From the NCBI GenBank assembly GCA_022813865.1, contig JALDZX010000017.1, positions 248,001 to 312,000 of the forward strand: a stretch of 64,000 nucleotides of DNA, read 5' to 3'. The stretch's first letter is position 1. The number at the start of each line of letters is the position of its first letter. Positions 11,652-23,973 of this stretch are shown piece after piece. Under the pieces are notes generated by a model that was given only the letters and a program-made list of their open reading frames with translations, ran no database searches and was not told the DNA's origin. Both the position numbers and the translations under genes were made by a program. This DNA comes from Xylographa opegraphella. Its lineage: Eukaryota.

Positions 11652-13972
11652 ATGGCGCCATTCAGAAGAGGTACGAAAAGACTGGGGGGGTCTACTGTAC
11701 GTGGACGAGGTACTACCGTAGCTCGTGGAAGGGGTAGAGGTAGAGGTCGGGGCAATTCGACGATAGCCAACAGTCAAAAGCCGACATTTTACTCGAGTCG
11801 AGTTGAAGAAGCTCGCGAAGAAACACTAGAGCATGACCAGACTGCTACAGAGGAATCCCTTGATGAAGAGACCTCACCTTTTGATTCAAGTGAAGATGAG
11901 GTGGATCTTGCTGCGGTTAGTGTTGTGAAACCATACAATACGCTTCTTTGGTCATTGAATCAGAATGTTCGACATGAACAGCCACCTCTCAAGAAAAGGA
12001 GGCTTGCCCGAGAGCATGAAGTTGAAGGATCCCTTCAATCGATCACTGCCACTGAGACTGAACAGCCTGATGAAAGGAAAGATCTCGACTCTGTCGAAGA
12101 GCATGAATTGGACGAGGATATTTTTGGTAGCCAATCTGACAATGACGATAGCTTTGGTCCTGAAATTGATGATAGTCAGTTCGCTCTTCTGTCCAGGGAG
12201 AGCAATGGCTGACCTATGGAAGCGCACGACTACTTCTATGAGCATTTTAACACCGTTAACGAGAAGGCACTTACCACCTGTGCAAAAGATGCCGCCGAAT
12301 CTAGATGGACTTTCCAAAGGTCAGTAATTCAATCAGAGTGGAAGCTATTTAGCGCTTCATACAAAAGTCTTTCTATTGCTTCGGAATTTGCAACAAGAAC
12401 AATGTCTACCAGTAAGGATTTTCAGGTCTGGCATACCCTTTGAATACAATGCCGCTTATACTGACATTTAGGCAGCTGAAGAATAAGTTACAAATGAGGG
12501 CAAAGCAAGAATTGCCCAGCGATAATGCACTGAATGGCATTCTAGCCTCCAGTATTTTTACATATCAAGATCTCCTATTTTGTGATCGAGTGCCTGGCGT
12601 AGCCTCTGAATTACGTACATTAACCTGTCTGCATGCTCTGAATCACATCTTCAAGACGCGCGATCGAATAATCAAAAACAACGCCCGTCTATCGAAAGCA
12701 GATACGACAGAAGACGTTGAATGTCGGGATCAAGGCTTTACGCGTCCTAAAGTCCTCATAATTCTACCTACTAGACAATCATGTCTGAAGGTAGTGGACA
12801 GTATCATATCGCTTTGTGAACCTGAGCAGCAGGAAAACAAAAAGAGATTTCAAGACTCTTACTCACAAACCGAAGACCAATTTTCTCCTGACAAACCAGA
12901 GGATTTCCGAGAGCTCTTTGGAGGTAATGATGATGATATGTTTCGGCTTGGCATGAAGTTTACTAGAAGAACCGTCAAATATTTCTCACAATTCTACAAT
13001 TCAGACATAATACTCGCCAGCCCTTTAGGCTTACGAATGGCCATCGGCACCGACGATTCGAAGAAGCAAGACCACGATTTTCTAAGCTCTATTGAGATTG
13101 TAATAGTTGATCAAACTGATGCACTTCTCATGCAGAACTGGGAGCACGTCGGATATATCTTTGATCACCTCAATCTTCAGCCTAAGGAAACACATGGGTG
13201 CGACTTTAGCAGAGTCCGTAATTGGTATCTCGACGGTAATGCGCGATTTCTTCGTCAGACAATTGTTCTTACTGCTTACAATACCCCTGAAATCAACCGG
13301 CTCTTTGGTCACAATATGCTGAACATAGCTGGAAAAGTCAAATTATGCAAGGAAAGCTACGAAGGTGTCATGTTGGATCTTGGTATACAAGTCAAGCAGA
13401 CATTCTCACGATATGATGTATCTGCTTTACCAACAGACCCAGACGCAAGATTCAAGTACTTTAGTACAGCTATTGTACCAAGTCTCATCAAGTCCTCCCA
13501 GGCGCATTCCAGCAAAAGTCAAGGAATACTGGTTTTCATCCCCTCATACATGGATTACGTACGCGTTCGAAATTTTCTTGCCAGCTCTACCAGTACTCAG
13601 AACATTTCATTTGGTTCTATATCCGAATATACACCTGTACGTGATGTCGCTAGGGCAAGAAGTCACTTCTTTTCAGGTAGGCACTCGCTGCTGCTTTATA
13701 CTGGAAGAGCACACCATTTTCGACGCTATCTTTTGCGAGGTGTACACAAGATCATCTTCTACGCTTTGCCGGATAACCCATTGTTCTATCGAGAGACTGT
13801 GGAGGGTTATTTGACAAGAAGTGTCTCAGAGGGCAGTATTGATACAACGGATGCATTTGTGAGGAGTGTTTTTTCAAGATGGGACGTCTTAAAGCTGGAA
13901 AGAATCGTTGGTACGAAGAGGTGTGCTGCAATGATAACAGAAAGGGCCGGTGATACTTTCGACTATCTTTAA
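11652..13972 (+). CDS. UTP25: U3 snoRNP / SSU processome protein Utp25
   Basis: [62 protein letters not shown]; two introns near 12175-12221 and 12427-12474. Confidence 0.95.
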
Positions 13973-14338
13973 AACACACTCTAATCTAGCTGACCTTGAA
14001 GCACATAACACCGATGCTTTCTGGTCCCGCTAGATCAATTTAGGCGCACTGATGCAATATTCACCTTTCCTCTCCTCCGATGTGCGGGATCATTCACGCA
14101 GTTGTACTTTTGATGGACGCTATATTTGAATCTGATTCTCAACTACCAGCATCTCCCTACCAAACAAGCTGTGCGTTTGCTGCCTGCCGAAAAGTGATCA
14201 CCCGAACCATTTTGTGCTGCCCTTGAATTATAATCTACTACAGTCTACGTTACACGAAAGCATACTGACAAAAACGCCCGATAAAATGTGCCCTTGGTGA
14301 GCTCAACGTTGACCGTTGTTCACTGGCCTCCAGTGATA

Positions 14339-16957
14339 ATGCAGCAAAGTCACTCAACGTCAGAGATTGTGCGCACCTGGTGGCATGCAGGATTGGAAGC
14401 TGAAATATCGGAGTTTGATGACGCGACGATACCTCCTTCGAATCATATTGCGGCGTCGAAAGATGAATGTGAATCAGATGGAGTTGGTCTCAATCTGGAT
14501 TTAGAGCTCCTGAACGCCAAGTGTGCAGATGTTATGCCGCTTGAGATATTATACCGCACATTCCGGGATAGCTACCGAAACGGTAGCAGCATAAGTGTTA
14601 ATAAATCTAAACCCCGGCGTCAGAGGCCGAGGCCATTGTCAGCCCCGGCCTCACTCCCGTCGACATCACCAGATCCTATGACCTCTTTGTCACAGCCTCA
14701 ACGTGAGAGCTCTGAATATACCTTTGCTGATAACATAATGGACATTATCGAAACTATGCTTGATCACGCTCTCACAACACAGTCGCCAATTCTCAAAGGG
14801 CTCTCAGGAAAGCCATTGCAGGTTGAAGATGCTCTAGTCGCTGTTACTCGAGGAGAGTACAGCACCGACACGCTACAGGAAGACTATCTGCCTAATGGAC
14901 TACAAATCCCGTTGCGGTTGCCACTCAAGGCCATAACGGAAGAGCAAGAGGATGCTAGTCCCACAGACAAGGAAGAACAACGCACCCTCACGGTGGAGAC
15001 AGATGCTTTCATGGCGGAATTGGAGGGTACCTCAATGAGCAACAATCGAGGGAGCGGAAGTTCAAGCCTATCCTACGATCCGATGGGCATGTTCAATTAT
15101 GACTACTTGGAGCCTTCTGAATGGTATGACACGCAGCCTCTACTCTTCAGATCAAAAAAGAATGCTGGCATAGCCTCTGCGACATCAAGCTCACCGATCA
15201 CACCCAAAAGGGTACCCATAATCCATTCGCTGATATCTCCTTTCCCACCGCCAAACAAACCATTGCCAGCTCTACCACCAGGTGTTTCTTTCCAGAAGAA
15301 ACGTTGCCAAAATGCCATGGCTCCCACAATGAGTGTGTCTAGTTGTGCTCCAGTTCAATTACTACAGACAAATATCTACCACAAAACGCTCGAAAGCGAT
15401 GAGAACTTCCGTCGTGAGCCACTATATTCGTCATATCATACAACATTGGAGCCAGGCTTTGTCGCTGATCCGAATACAAAGCAGGAGGCCCAAGAAAATC
15501 CCGAAGCGAATATTCATCCATTGTTTCGTAAAGGTTCTCAGTCATCCCAAGAAAACTCTCTATCTTCGTTACCGAACAAACACAAGTCTCTTTCAACATC
15601 AACGTGGTCAGGTATGAAGCACAGTAGAGGCTTGTCTGACATATCCAATCGCTCGACATTGTCGCATTCACTGCCACACTCAAACCCACCGTCCTCGTAT
15701 CTGTGCTCACCGCCACCATCTCCTAAAGCACCGTCTGTTACTGAATCAGACCCGTTCACTTCACCGAAAAATGAGCTGAGTCATTCAATTCTCCGCCTTT
15801 CAAGTGCATCAACAGAATCGAGACTCCAGGCACGCACTACTCTTAATAAGAGTGCTTCCCTCGGGGGTGATTCTCTCAAGAAACGTATCTCGCTCGAGAA
15901 AGCTACCTCTATCAGGACCCGTGCCTCACTTGGTAGAAGCTCCTCATACGCTACGCGTGCTTCTCTCAAGAGTGGTATTTCAAACGATCAGGACGACAGT
16001 TGCTCCGATTTTATTTCCTTCGACAAAAGTGTTTCGCTTGACAGATCGGCTCCTGTGGAAAACCCTACCTCCATAGGCAAACTAGGTTCCGTAACTACTC
16101 GTCCTTCGCTTGAAAAAAGAACTTCCCTAAAACAACAGACATCTCTTGACTATGCTTCCTCCGCGGAATCCATAGCTCCTAGCAAAAGGCCTACTCTTGG
16201 GAGACTCATTTCACTTGACTCGAGCGCCTCTGGTGCCTCCTCGGTCCACAGAAGCACATCCATGAAAACCACCGGTGCCGATGCACCTTTCATCCTCCAT
16301 GAATACCGCCCTCAGAAGCGTCTCTCGATAGACTGCATCAGGGAATACGCCCAGGCCATAGACGAAATTCACGGCCTCGAGCGTGTCAAGCCCTTGGACC
16401 CCATCAATGAGAATTCTGTCAATGTCCCTAAAGAGCAGTTTCGCATTCTTCCAACAGGTCTCACCAGCCCCTCGGTCAGCCAGCTCTCCCTCAGGAATGG
16501 CCCCGACAAGCCCTGGCCCATGAAGAAGAAAAGCAGCAACCTCCGCCGCGCCGAGGCTATAGCTGTTGCCAACACGGAGCGTGAGAGCTCCAGCACTCTT
16601 TCCAGTGGTTCCACGCACCCAGATACCGTAATGCACTCAGCGAGCCTTACCGTTCCGATCGTTGAGGACCTAGACACCCTTGACGATGAAGATCCGTTCG
16701 GGGACCCTGAGCGACTTCTGCCATCTCCGCGCAAGAGAAGTGGCCGGATGGCGGAGTTGCTGGCGTTGAGGGTCGAGGAAGACAAGCAGGCAGCTGCGAG
16801 GCGCCAGCTAAAGGAGCAACGAGAGAGGGAAGGGAAGATGGCGAAGCTGCTGCGCAGGGCGCAGAGCCTTGAGAAGGTGGGAGAGGGGTTCAAGAAACTC
16901 TTCTCGGTAGCGAGGAAGGACGATGCGAGGTTGGCAGAGGCGGGAGGGTATCAGTGA
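14339..16957 (+). CDS. Uncharacterised Ser/Pro-rich, largely disordered protein with C-terminal charged helix
   Basis: Uninterrupted 2.6-kb ORF (first in-frame ATG at 14339); PPPNKPLPALPP motif and hexapeptide xxxSL repeats; family not recognised. Confidence 0.7.
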   Translation: MQQSHSTSEIVRTWWHAGLEAEISEFDDATIPPSNHIAASKDECESDGVGLNLDLELLNAKCADVMPLEILYRTFRDSYRNGSSISVNKSKPRRQRPRPLSAPASLPSTSPDPMTSLSQPQRESSEYTFADNIMDIIETMLDHALTTQSPILKGLSGKPLQVEDALVAVTRGEYSTDTLQEDYLPNGLQIPLRLPLKAITEEQEDASPTDKEEQRTLTVETDAFMAELEGTSMSNNRGSGSSSLSYDPMGMFNYDYLEPSEWYDTQPLLFRSKKNAGIASATSSSPITPKRVPIIHSLISPFPPPNKPLPALPPGVSFQKKRCQNAMAPTMSVSSCAPVQLLQTNIYHKTLESDENFRREPLYSSYHTTLEPGFVADPNTKQEAQENPEANIHPLFRKGSQSSQENSLSSLPNKHKSLSTSTWSGMKHSRGLSDISNRSTLSHSLPHSNPPSSYLCSPPPSPKAPSVTESDPFTSPKNELSHSILRLSSASTESRLQARTTLNKSASLGGDSLKKRISLEKATSIRTRASLGRSSSYATRASLKSGISNDQDDSCSDFISFDKSVSLDRSAPVENPTSIGKLGSVTTRPSLEKRTSLKQQTSLDYASSAESIAPSKRPTLGRLISLDSSASGASSVHRSTSMKTTGADAPFILHEYRPQKRLSIDCIREYAQAIDEIHGLERVKPLDPINENSVNVPKEQFRILPTGLTSPSVSQLSLRNGPDKPWPMKKKSSNLRRAEAIAVANTERESSSTLSSGSTHPDTVMHSASLTVPIVEDLDTLDDEDPFGDPERLLPSPRKRSGRMAELLALRVEEDKQAAARRQLKEQREREGKMAKLLRRAQSLEKVGEGFKKLFSVARKDDARLAEAGGYQ

Positions 16958-18676
16958 ACGAGTAGGTTGTCAGGCTATTCGTGAGAGCCAGGAATTGACA
17001 ACCATTTTTGGCAGCTCTGGCCAGCTTTTGGCATTTTGAATGGTTTGATATGAGATATGTATACGATCTGGGTGAGATGTCTTCTGCTGAGTTCTTGATG
17101 TGATCTGTGGATAGCGATATCTTAGACAGGTGGGCTCGTGTGATGGAATGGAGCGACAAGTTTGAAACCATCGAGTTCAGTGGACTGATAGGATGGGTAT
17201 GACATTCAGATAGATAGCGGTGCCGGATCATGAAAACAACCACATACTTATATTCAGTATATGCCATGTGATGTGTGGTTTCCCATAATATCAGCCAAGC
17301 AGACTATCACCAACATCTTTCTCACTCATGATTTACATCTCTGTTTAGAAACTGGGTTGGGATGCTTCTCCAGCGGCGCTCAACCTTAGTCACGGACTAT
17401 CTCCAACGACAATAAACAGGGATCAACGTAATATCTGTACACCGCCCCAGCATTGCTGTTTGGTCTGAATCAGAACCTCTCCATACCAGCATCGACGGTG
17501 TTGAATCCAACCACCTTACGTATTTGCTGCACCTCGAGCACTTCCTGTATATATTTCGACAACCTATCCATGCAGCTTTCAATAGTCTACCAGACGCCAG
17601 CAGCCACGACCTTCTCTGCATTCTCACTGAATGAATTGCTATCGGCTGTAGTTTGGTTAATTGGATCCTAGGCGAACAAAGGTTCTTTCGCGCGAGAACG
17701 ATATACCTCATATAGCTTACCAATTTAGTGGACTGGCTCTGGAATTTGTGTCCTGCGTGTGTTACGTATTCTTCGATACTCTGCTTAGACTTCTCGACCA
17801 AATAATTGACAGATTCCTATGACACTTTAGAGAAAGGGGCTTTGTATTTGATGATGAGTTGGTACTTGATCCCAGATTATCAAAGGAAGAACCTCCTGAT
17901 GGGGTCGCTGTTAAAGAAGACCAAATGAGAATATTTCTCGAGAGGTTCCGTTTCTTATAGATCTGTGCTAACTTACATAGCCCAACATTTGCCACAGCCA
18001 TTCTTATAATTGTGTCTCCTCGAGCACTTTCAAAAGGTTTTGTCGGCGACACACCGTCTTCCATCTAATTCACTTGATCGCAAAGTAATTGAAGCCTGAC
18101 TTCGCTGCCAATCAGTCTCCACAAGACCGCACCTTAGCTGCCGTTTCATTCAGTAAAGTATACCGCAGCCTCCACTGGCGTATTCCGGTTTTTTTGCAGG
18201 AAGTTAGCACTTCCCAACGCCTCCATTACTGCCGCCGTTTACGATCACACTATTACCATCTGTTTCGCAGAGAGGGCCCATGTTTTTCTACAGTGTGTGA
18301 AATTATCCGCTAACTTCTCTTGAACTTTGTTCCCAGCCACACAAGCGAGAACTGCATACTAGCATAACTCTGTCTTCTAAGACTTCAGGTCTTTTAGCTC
18401 GATGCTCGAAAATCACCTCCTAGTATGCCTTTCGCCGGAGAACCTCATTCCTCTTGCCCTGATGCTTAATACATATTGATTAAGCTAGGAGTGCCGGCAA
18501 CTTCTATCCGAGGACTTCTAAACCGTTGGATCAGCTTTGTTGACCCGAGGTAAGACAATCGCAGCAGTTTCTCACGGAATTTGGGACATATCGATTCTGC
18601 TCATACCAAACTCTTCTGCACTTTCTTTAGACAGACCATTGGTGGAGTAAACAGAGTGTATAGGTATGGAATACTT

Positions 18677-20205
18677 CTAGACCAGACCCCCAAGTATTAC
18701 TTTTCCGATACCTGCAATCTCGTTCTTGATCCCGCTTCGACTTGATTCCTCAAACTCTTTGACTATTCCGGCAACAATGACTTTTCGAAGTCGAGCATCG
18801 GCTTTCGTGAAGCCCTCAACGATTGCAGGACTGCATACAGCGGGCGATGAAATAAGACTTTTGATTCTCGTGTAACAATCAATCAGAACATCACACAACG
18901 TTGCGAATGTTTCGAAGAAGTCAGGGTCGAACGGTAATGAAGGTGTCAACAGGTGTGTGTACTCTTCTCCTGGCAAGAGATCTCTCTCACTTGCACCGAA
19001 AGATACCGTTGACGAACTTGTGGAGGCAAAACTGCCAGACATTGATTTAAGATCTGCTGGATCGCTAGTGTTCATTGGGAGCCCAATATCAGCAGCAGAA
19101 CTTGACCGACGACCTTTGGTGCTAGTTCCGTAGGTTGAACGCTTGAACATTTGTGGAAGCTTGGCTCGAGATAGTGAAGAAGGGTTCGAGCCGTCAGGAG
19201 GATGGATTTGCTGGTATGTCTCGAATTCTGACAAAAGTGCATTTAGAGCACGCAGATAATCCAAAGGATTTGCAGTGTTCAGGTCCAATACAGTTGGAAG
19301 AGAGAGACCTAGTAGAAGATAATTTGTCGCTCGTCTAGCAAGCTTTCTTGGATCAAAGCTGGGTAATTTTGAGATATCGCCTTTGTTGAACAGGAGCGTA
19401 TTGAACCAATATACTCGCCCTTCGTGTCTACACAAAGCAGTCAGCTTCCACGATGCGAACGAAAGTTCAACAGAGACTCAGAATTAGAAGGACAGTAGAA
19501 GGTAACACACGCTTTTCGGAGGTAATCCAAAGTCGACACCCGTTTGGCGGATAACTCATGAATATACTGATAGATGCTGGTTGGGTTCTGCGTACTTCCC
19601 GCTGGAGCGGATAAATTACTATTCATTCCGTAGGCAGTCCCGCCCCCAGGTTTCCCATAACTCAAGGATCCCTCTGAGCCGTCCATATTGGCTACAAGGT
19701 GACCTTTGGGATTCGGTATGGGAACTATTGAGGCGGGTGAGGTTTCAATTGAACCCGCTTTCTTTGTTAGATCTATTGGAGAAAGTGGATCTATGATAGG
19801 TAGGTTGTGATTGAATATATAATTGGTACCGTTGTGCGATGTCAGCTGAGGTGGCAGCTGCTTTGCAAGGGTTGAAGCTGGAAATGATGGTTGATGTCTC
19901 AGCTGTGGATTCGGAATTTCATACCCACCGAGGCCCAGGAGGAGTGATGGTGAGCTCGCAGAACCGGATCTATATCTGTAAAGTGGAACAGGATTTTGGG
20001 GAATGGCTTCTGTGTTTCCAGTGGTCGTTTCGGCTAAATCTGATAGTTGATCTAAGGCTGTGAAGTCTTTCTCTAGCCGAGGCCTGGATAGAGAATCACT
20101 CGTTGGAGCAACATGTTTTGATTTCGTTTTGAGTAGACCACTCTTCTTCAAGCGATATCGACCGGTGCTTGTGTTGGTCGTCCCTAGGGGTGAGAGGTGC
20201 TCCAT
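18677..20205 (-). CDS. Conserved fungal hypothetical protein
   Basis: Splicing (GC|GTGTGT..CTGAC..TAG|A) joins KRVSTLDYLRKA-HEGRVYWFNT...LPFDPDFFETFATLCDVLIDCY...KADARLRK; start codon uncertain. Confidence 0.75.
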
Positions 20206-20603
20206 CTCCCTCGCGGTAGTTCTTGCCGAGCCCCTTTTCACGGTACTCTAGCGTAAAATGGCTAAGCGCGAGAAGCACGTTAAGCCTCTTCCGAACTTCG
20301 GTAGTTTGATGGCTGTTTGAGTCAAGTGTCGGCTTCAAGTAGTTGTGGGCTCTTTGACTTCATTCTCTGGGAGAAAACTAAGCACGACGTTGAGCGAAGG
20401 CGTTGTGCACGGCACGGGCATCAGAGCTCAGCCAGAGGCTGTCTTCAGGAAAAACTTCCCGCTTTGACACGTTTCAGGGATATGCTGTGCAACCTCAGCA
20501 CGGCATTGAAAAACGCCCTGCAAGGATCGATTTCCTTGCCGTGTAACGGTTGCCAAATCCTCCAAGTTTGAATGTGCTTGGTGAAGCTCGAATATCAAAA
20601 AGA

Positions 20604-22165
20604 ATGGAAAGAGAAATGCCTCAAGTGGACGAGAAAGGCGTTCCCACCCCAGGAAACTGGCCTGTAGATCCTCAGCACGATATCCCAGTGGCTAAAGATA
20701 GAATCTGGGTGGATGGATGCTTCGACTTCAGTCACCATGGCAAGTTGATCACCTCTTCATGCTGAAGACATTCTTCAGCGAGGCTCATGTCGACTTCGCA
20801 GGGCATGCTGGAGCGATGCTTCAAGCCCGTCGGCATGGTAAAGAGCTTCTGGTTGGAGTCCACTCCGACGAAGCAATCTTGGAGAACAAAGGCCCTACGG
20901 TCATGACGCTCAAGGAACGGTAGGGTGGGGTTTGTTCCAATTGTTTCTCACTGGCGCCTGACAACTTGCAGCATTTCTGCAGTTGATGCTTGTCGTTGGT
21001 CGACGCTCTCGGTGCCATATGCACCATATGTTACCTCGCTTCCGTGGATTTCTCATTATGGCTGTTACTATGTCGTACACGGAGACGACATTACATCTGA
21101 CAGCGGTGGCGAGGACTGCTACCGATATGTCAAAGCCGCTGGTCGCTTCCTTGTGGTTAAGAGAACACCGGGAATATCTACTACTGATCTGGTTGGGCGA
21201 ATGCTGTTGTGTACTAAGGGCCATTTCATTAAGTCGCTCAATGCCACTTTAAAGGGCCATGAAGGCTTTGGCACTACAGAGGAACGAAGAAATGCTGGAC
21301 ACGACATGAAGCAGCGCATCTTAGACTATGCGACCGATGAAACAGGACTCAAGCCAGGCGCGGAAGTTTGGAGCTGGAGTGGCTCAAAATCCGCGATGGA
21401 GGACCATACCGCTGAAGAAGCAGGTTCGCACAGTAAAATGGTAGATGGGAAGAAACCTCGGCTTGGCCAAAGAATAATCTACGTGGACGGCGGATTCGAT
21501 CTTTTTTCATCGGGCCACATCGAATTCCTCCGCCAAGTGGTGAATATAGAGGAAACCTTGAGCAGGAAGCATGGCTGGTATCAACCTGATGCTATGAAAA
21601 GGAGAATCGCGGAAACAGGAGAAGACTACGGACCTGCGTTCATCATAGCTGGAGTGCACGACGATGAGGTTATCAATCACTGGAAGGGTGTCAACTATCC
21701 AATCATGAACATATTCGAGCGAGGTCTATGCGTCCTACAATGTCGAGTGAGTCTCGCTGATAATCTTGTTATTTTTTATGGATATGTGCTGACATTAGGA
21801 ACTAGTACATCAACAGTGTCATATTCTCTGCTCCATTCACTCCGACGAAGGCGTATCTGACACACCTTCCTTACGGTACACCTGACGCTCTATACCATGG
21901 CCCAACTTCCTTCATGCCTCTGACCTACGATCCGTATACCGCCCCGCGAGAAATGGACATATTCCATGAAGTAGACAAGCATGACTTTCAGAACGTCAAC
22001 GCAGAGGAGATAGTCCAACGAATTATGAGAAGCCGGGCGCTGTACGAAGAGCGACAAAGAGCGAAAGGCGAGAAAGCGATTGGTGAAGTAGCAGTGAGGC
22101 GTCGGGAGGCATTGGAACAGGAGGCTAAAGTAATCCAAGGGAAAGCTCTAGCAGCAAGAAGCTGA
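20604..22165 (+). CDS. ECT1: Ethanolamine-phosphate cytidylyltransferase
   Basis: Two cytidylyltransferase domains: IWVDGCFDFSHHGHAGAM with RTPGISTTDLVGRML, and IYVDGGFDLFSSGHIEFL with NYPIMNIFERGL. Three introns; the first is GC-AG (20740-20801). Confidence 0.95.
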
Positions 22166-22455
22166 CATGCGACGATTATTGGATCGGACTTGTACTTGTA
22201 GCAGCCTCCTCACTTCTTTCAAGCAGACAATCTTGATACCATACCACGCTATCAAATAAGTGAGAGACCGGTCGTGAATAGCTGGTCAAGTATGTAAAAT
22301 GTAAATCGGATATACAGATACAGCTCCAACAGCCCTTCCGTTTCACGCTGGTGCACGTGCGTAAACCCATGCGAAACTGAAAAACCCCATCTGAAGCCTA
22401 CTTTTTCTGATTTCACACTCCACCCCCCACCCAACTCACCCAGTATACGGCCCAA

Positions 22456-23017
22456 TCACGCCTTCCCCTCCTCCCCTTCCACCTCCCCCTCTACCAACAC
22501 CCCCTTCTCCTCCAACAGCTTCCCCAACTCCCCACTCTGATGCATACTCATCAAGATATCACACCCGCCCACAAACTCCTTCTCGACATACAGCTGCGGG
22601 ATCGTCGGCCAGTCGCTGTACTCCTTGATGCCCTGCCGCAGCTCCTCGTCCTCGAGCACGTTGAAGGCCGTGAACTTCGCCGGGTCCACGCCCTGCAAAC
22701 CGAGGATCTGGATCGAGGCGCGCGAGAAGCCGCACTGCGGCGTTTCCGGCGTGCCTTTCATGAAGAGCACGACGGGTGCCGAGGACACGGCTTTGGTGAT
22801 GGCGGCGCGGGTGGTGGTCGAGAGGAGGCGGGCCGTGGGAACGACGTGGGTATGGGGTGAGGAGAGAAGGGGGGATTTGGAGAGGAGGGAGGACTGTGTG
22901 GTGTTAGTGGAGGGTTTTGAAGGGATTGTGATGATTAGAGGAGAGCATGTATCCTCACGGGGTGACAAGTACCTTGGAGGGATTTCTCACCGCTGATAAA
23001 GCTGGCCGTAATAACAT
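22456..23017 (-). CDS. GRX5: Mitochondrial monothiol glutaredoxin (CGFS)
   Basis: [42 protein letters not shown]-rich presequence MLLRPALSA; one intron ending CTAAC..CAG. Confidence 0.95.
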
Positions 23018-23247
23018 GTTGTGTGTAGAGATCGGAGCTGCGATGCGGCGAAAATGAAGCTCGTCCAAACGAATAGCTAGGTATGATGTCGTTGCCAAGA
23101 CCGAGATTTTTGATGCAGCGGCACCGGGCAGCTAGAGACGTGGTAATTCTGAGTAAAGCACAATGACTACAAGCTTCGTGGGGGAGGTTCCGAGAGGGAA
23201 AGCCCAACAGCAGCTCTCCTGCGGTAAGATACGTCAAGCTGGATATC

Positions 23248-23973
23248 ATGACCACCACGCAATCTACACTTCCCGCTTTCCTTGCCTCTGCCCACGCCTC
23301 CGACGGCAAGAAACACCTCCTCCTCGCCGCCAGCGGCAGTGTCGCGACCATCAAGATCCCACTCATCCTCCACACCCTGTCCAACCATCCAGCCCTCTCG
23401 ATTCGACTAATCCTCACCTCCTCCGCCTCGCGCTTCCTCGCCGGTCAATCCGCCGAGCAGCCCGCTGTCTCCTCCTTCCTCTCCATCCGCAACCTCGACA
23501 GCATCCATCACGACGAGGACGAGTGGTCCCCGGCGTGGACGCGGGGCGCCCCCATTCTCCACATTGAGCTACGCCGGTGGGCGGATTTGCTGGTCATAGC
23601 GCCGCTGGATGCGAATACATTGGCCAAGATGGTTGGCGGGCTGGCGGATAATTTGCTGACGAGTGTGGTGAGGGCGTGGGATACAAGTGGGCTGGTTGAG
23701 GGGAAGGGGTTGAGGAGGATTGTGGTGGCGCCGGCGATGAACACGGCGATGTGGAGGCATCCGGTCACCGGGAAGCAGATTGGCGTGCTGGAGGGGGAGT
23801 GGGGCCTGGGGAGTGGTGGGTGGGTGGAGGTGCTGCGGCCGGTGGAAAAAGAGCTGGCGTGTGGAGATGTGGGGGACGGGGCGATGAGAGATTGGAGGGA
23901 GATAGTTGGGGTTATTGAGGAGAGGTTGGGCCTTGTGAGAGGTGGTCGGCGTGGTACTGAAGGGGAGGAGTAA
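23248..23973 (+). CDS. Phosphopantothenoylcysteine decarboxylase (HFCD flavoprotein, Hal3/Cab3 family)
   Basis: LLAASGSVATIK, LHIELRRWAD (catalytic His), APLDANTLAK, PAMNTAMW (Asn) and LACGDVGDGAM (Cys), all in one 241-aa chain. Confidence 0.93.
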   Translation: MTTTQSTLPAFLASAHASDGKKHLLLAASGSVATIKIPLILHTLSNHPALSIRLILTSSASRFLAGQSAEQPAVSSFLSIRNLDSIHHDEDEWSPAWTRGAPILHIELRRWADLLVIAPLDANTLAKMVGGLADNLLTSVVRAWDTSGLVEGKGLRRIVVAPAMNTAMWRHPVTGKQIGVLEGEWGLGSGGWVEVLRPVEKELACGDVGDGAMRDWREIVGVIEERLGLVRGGRRGTEGEE

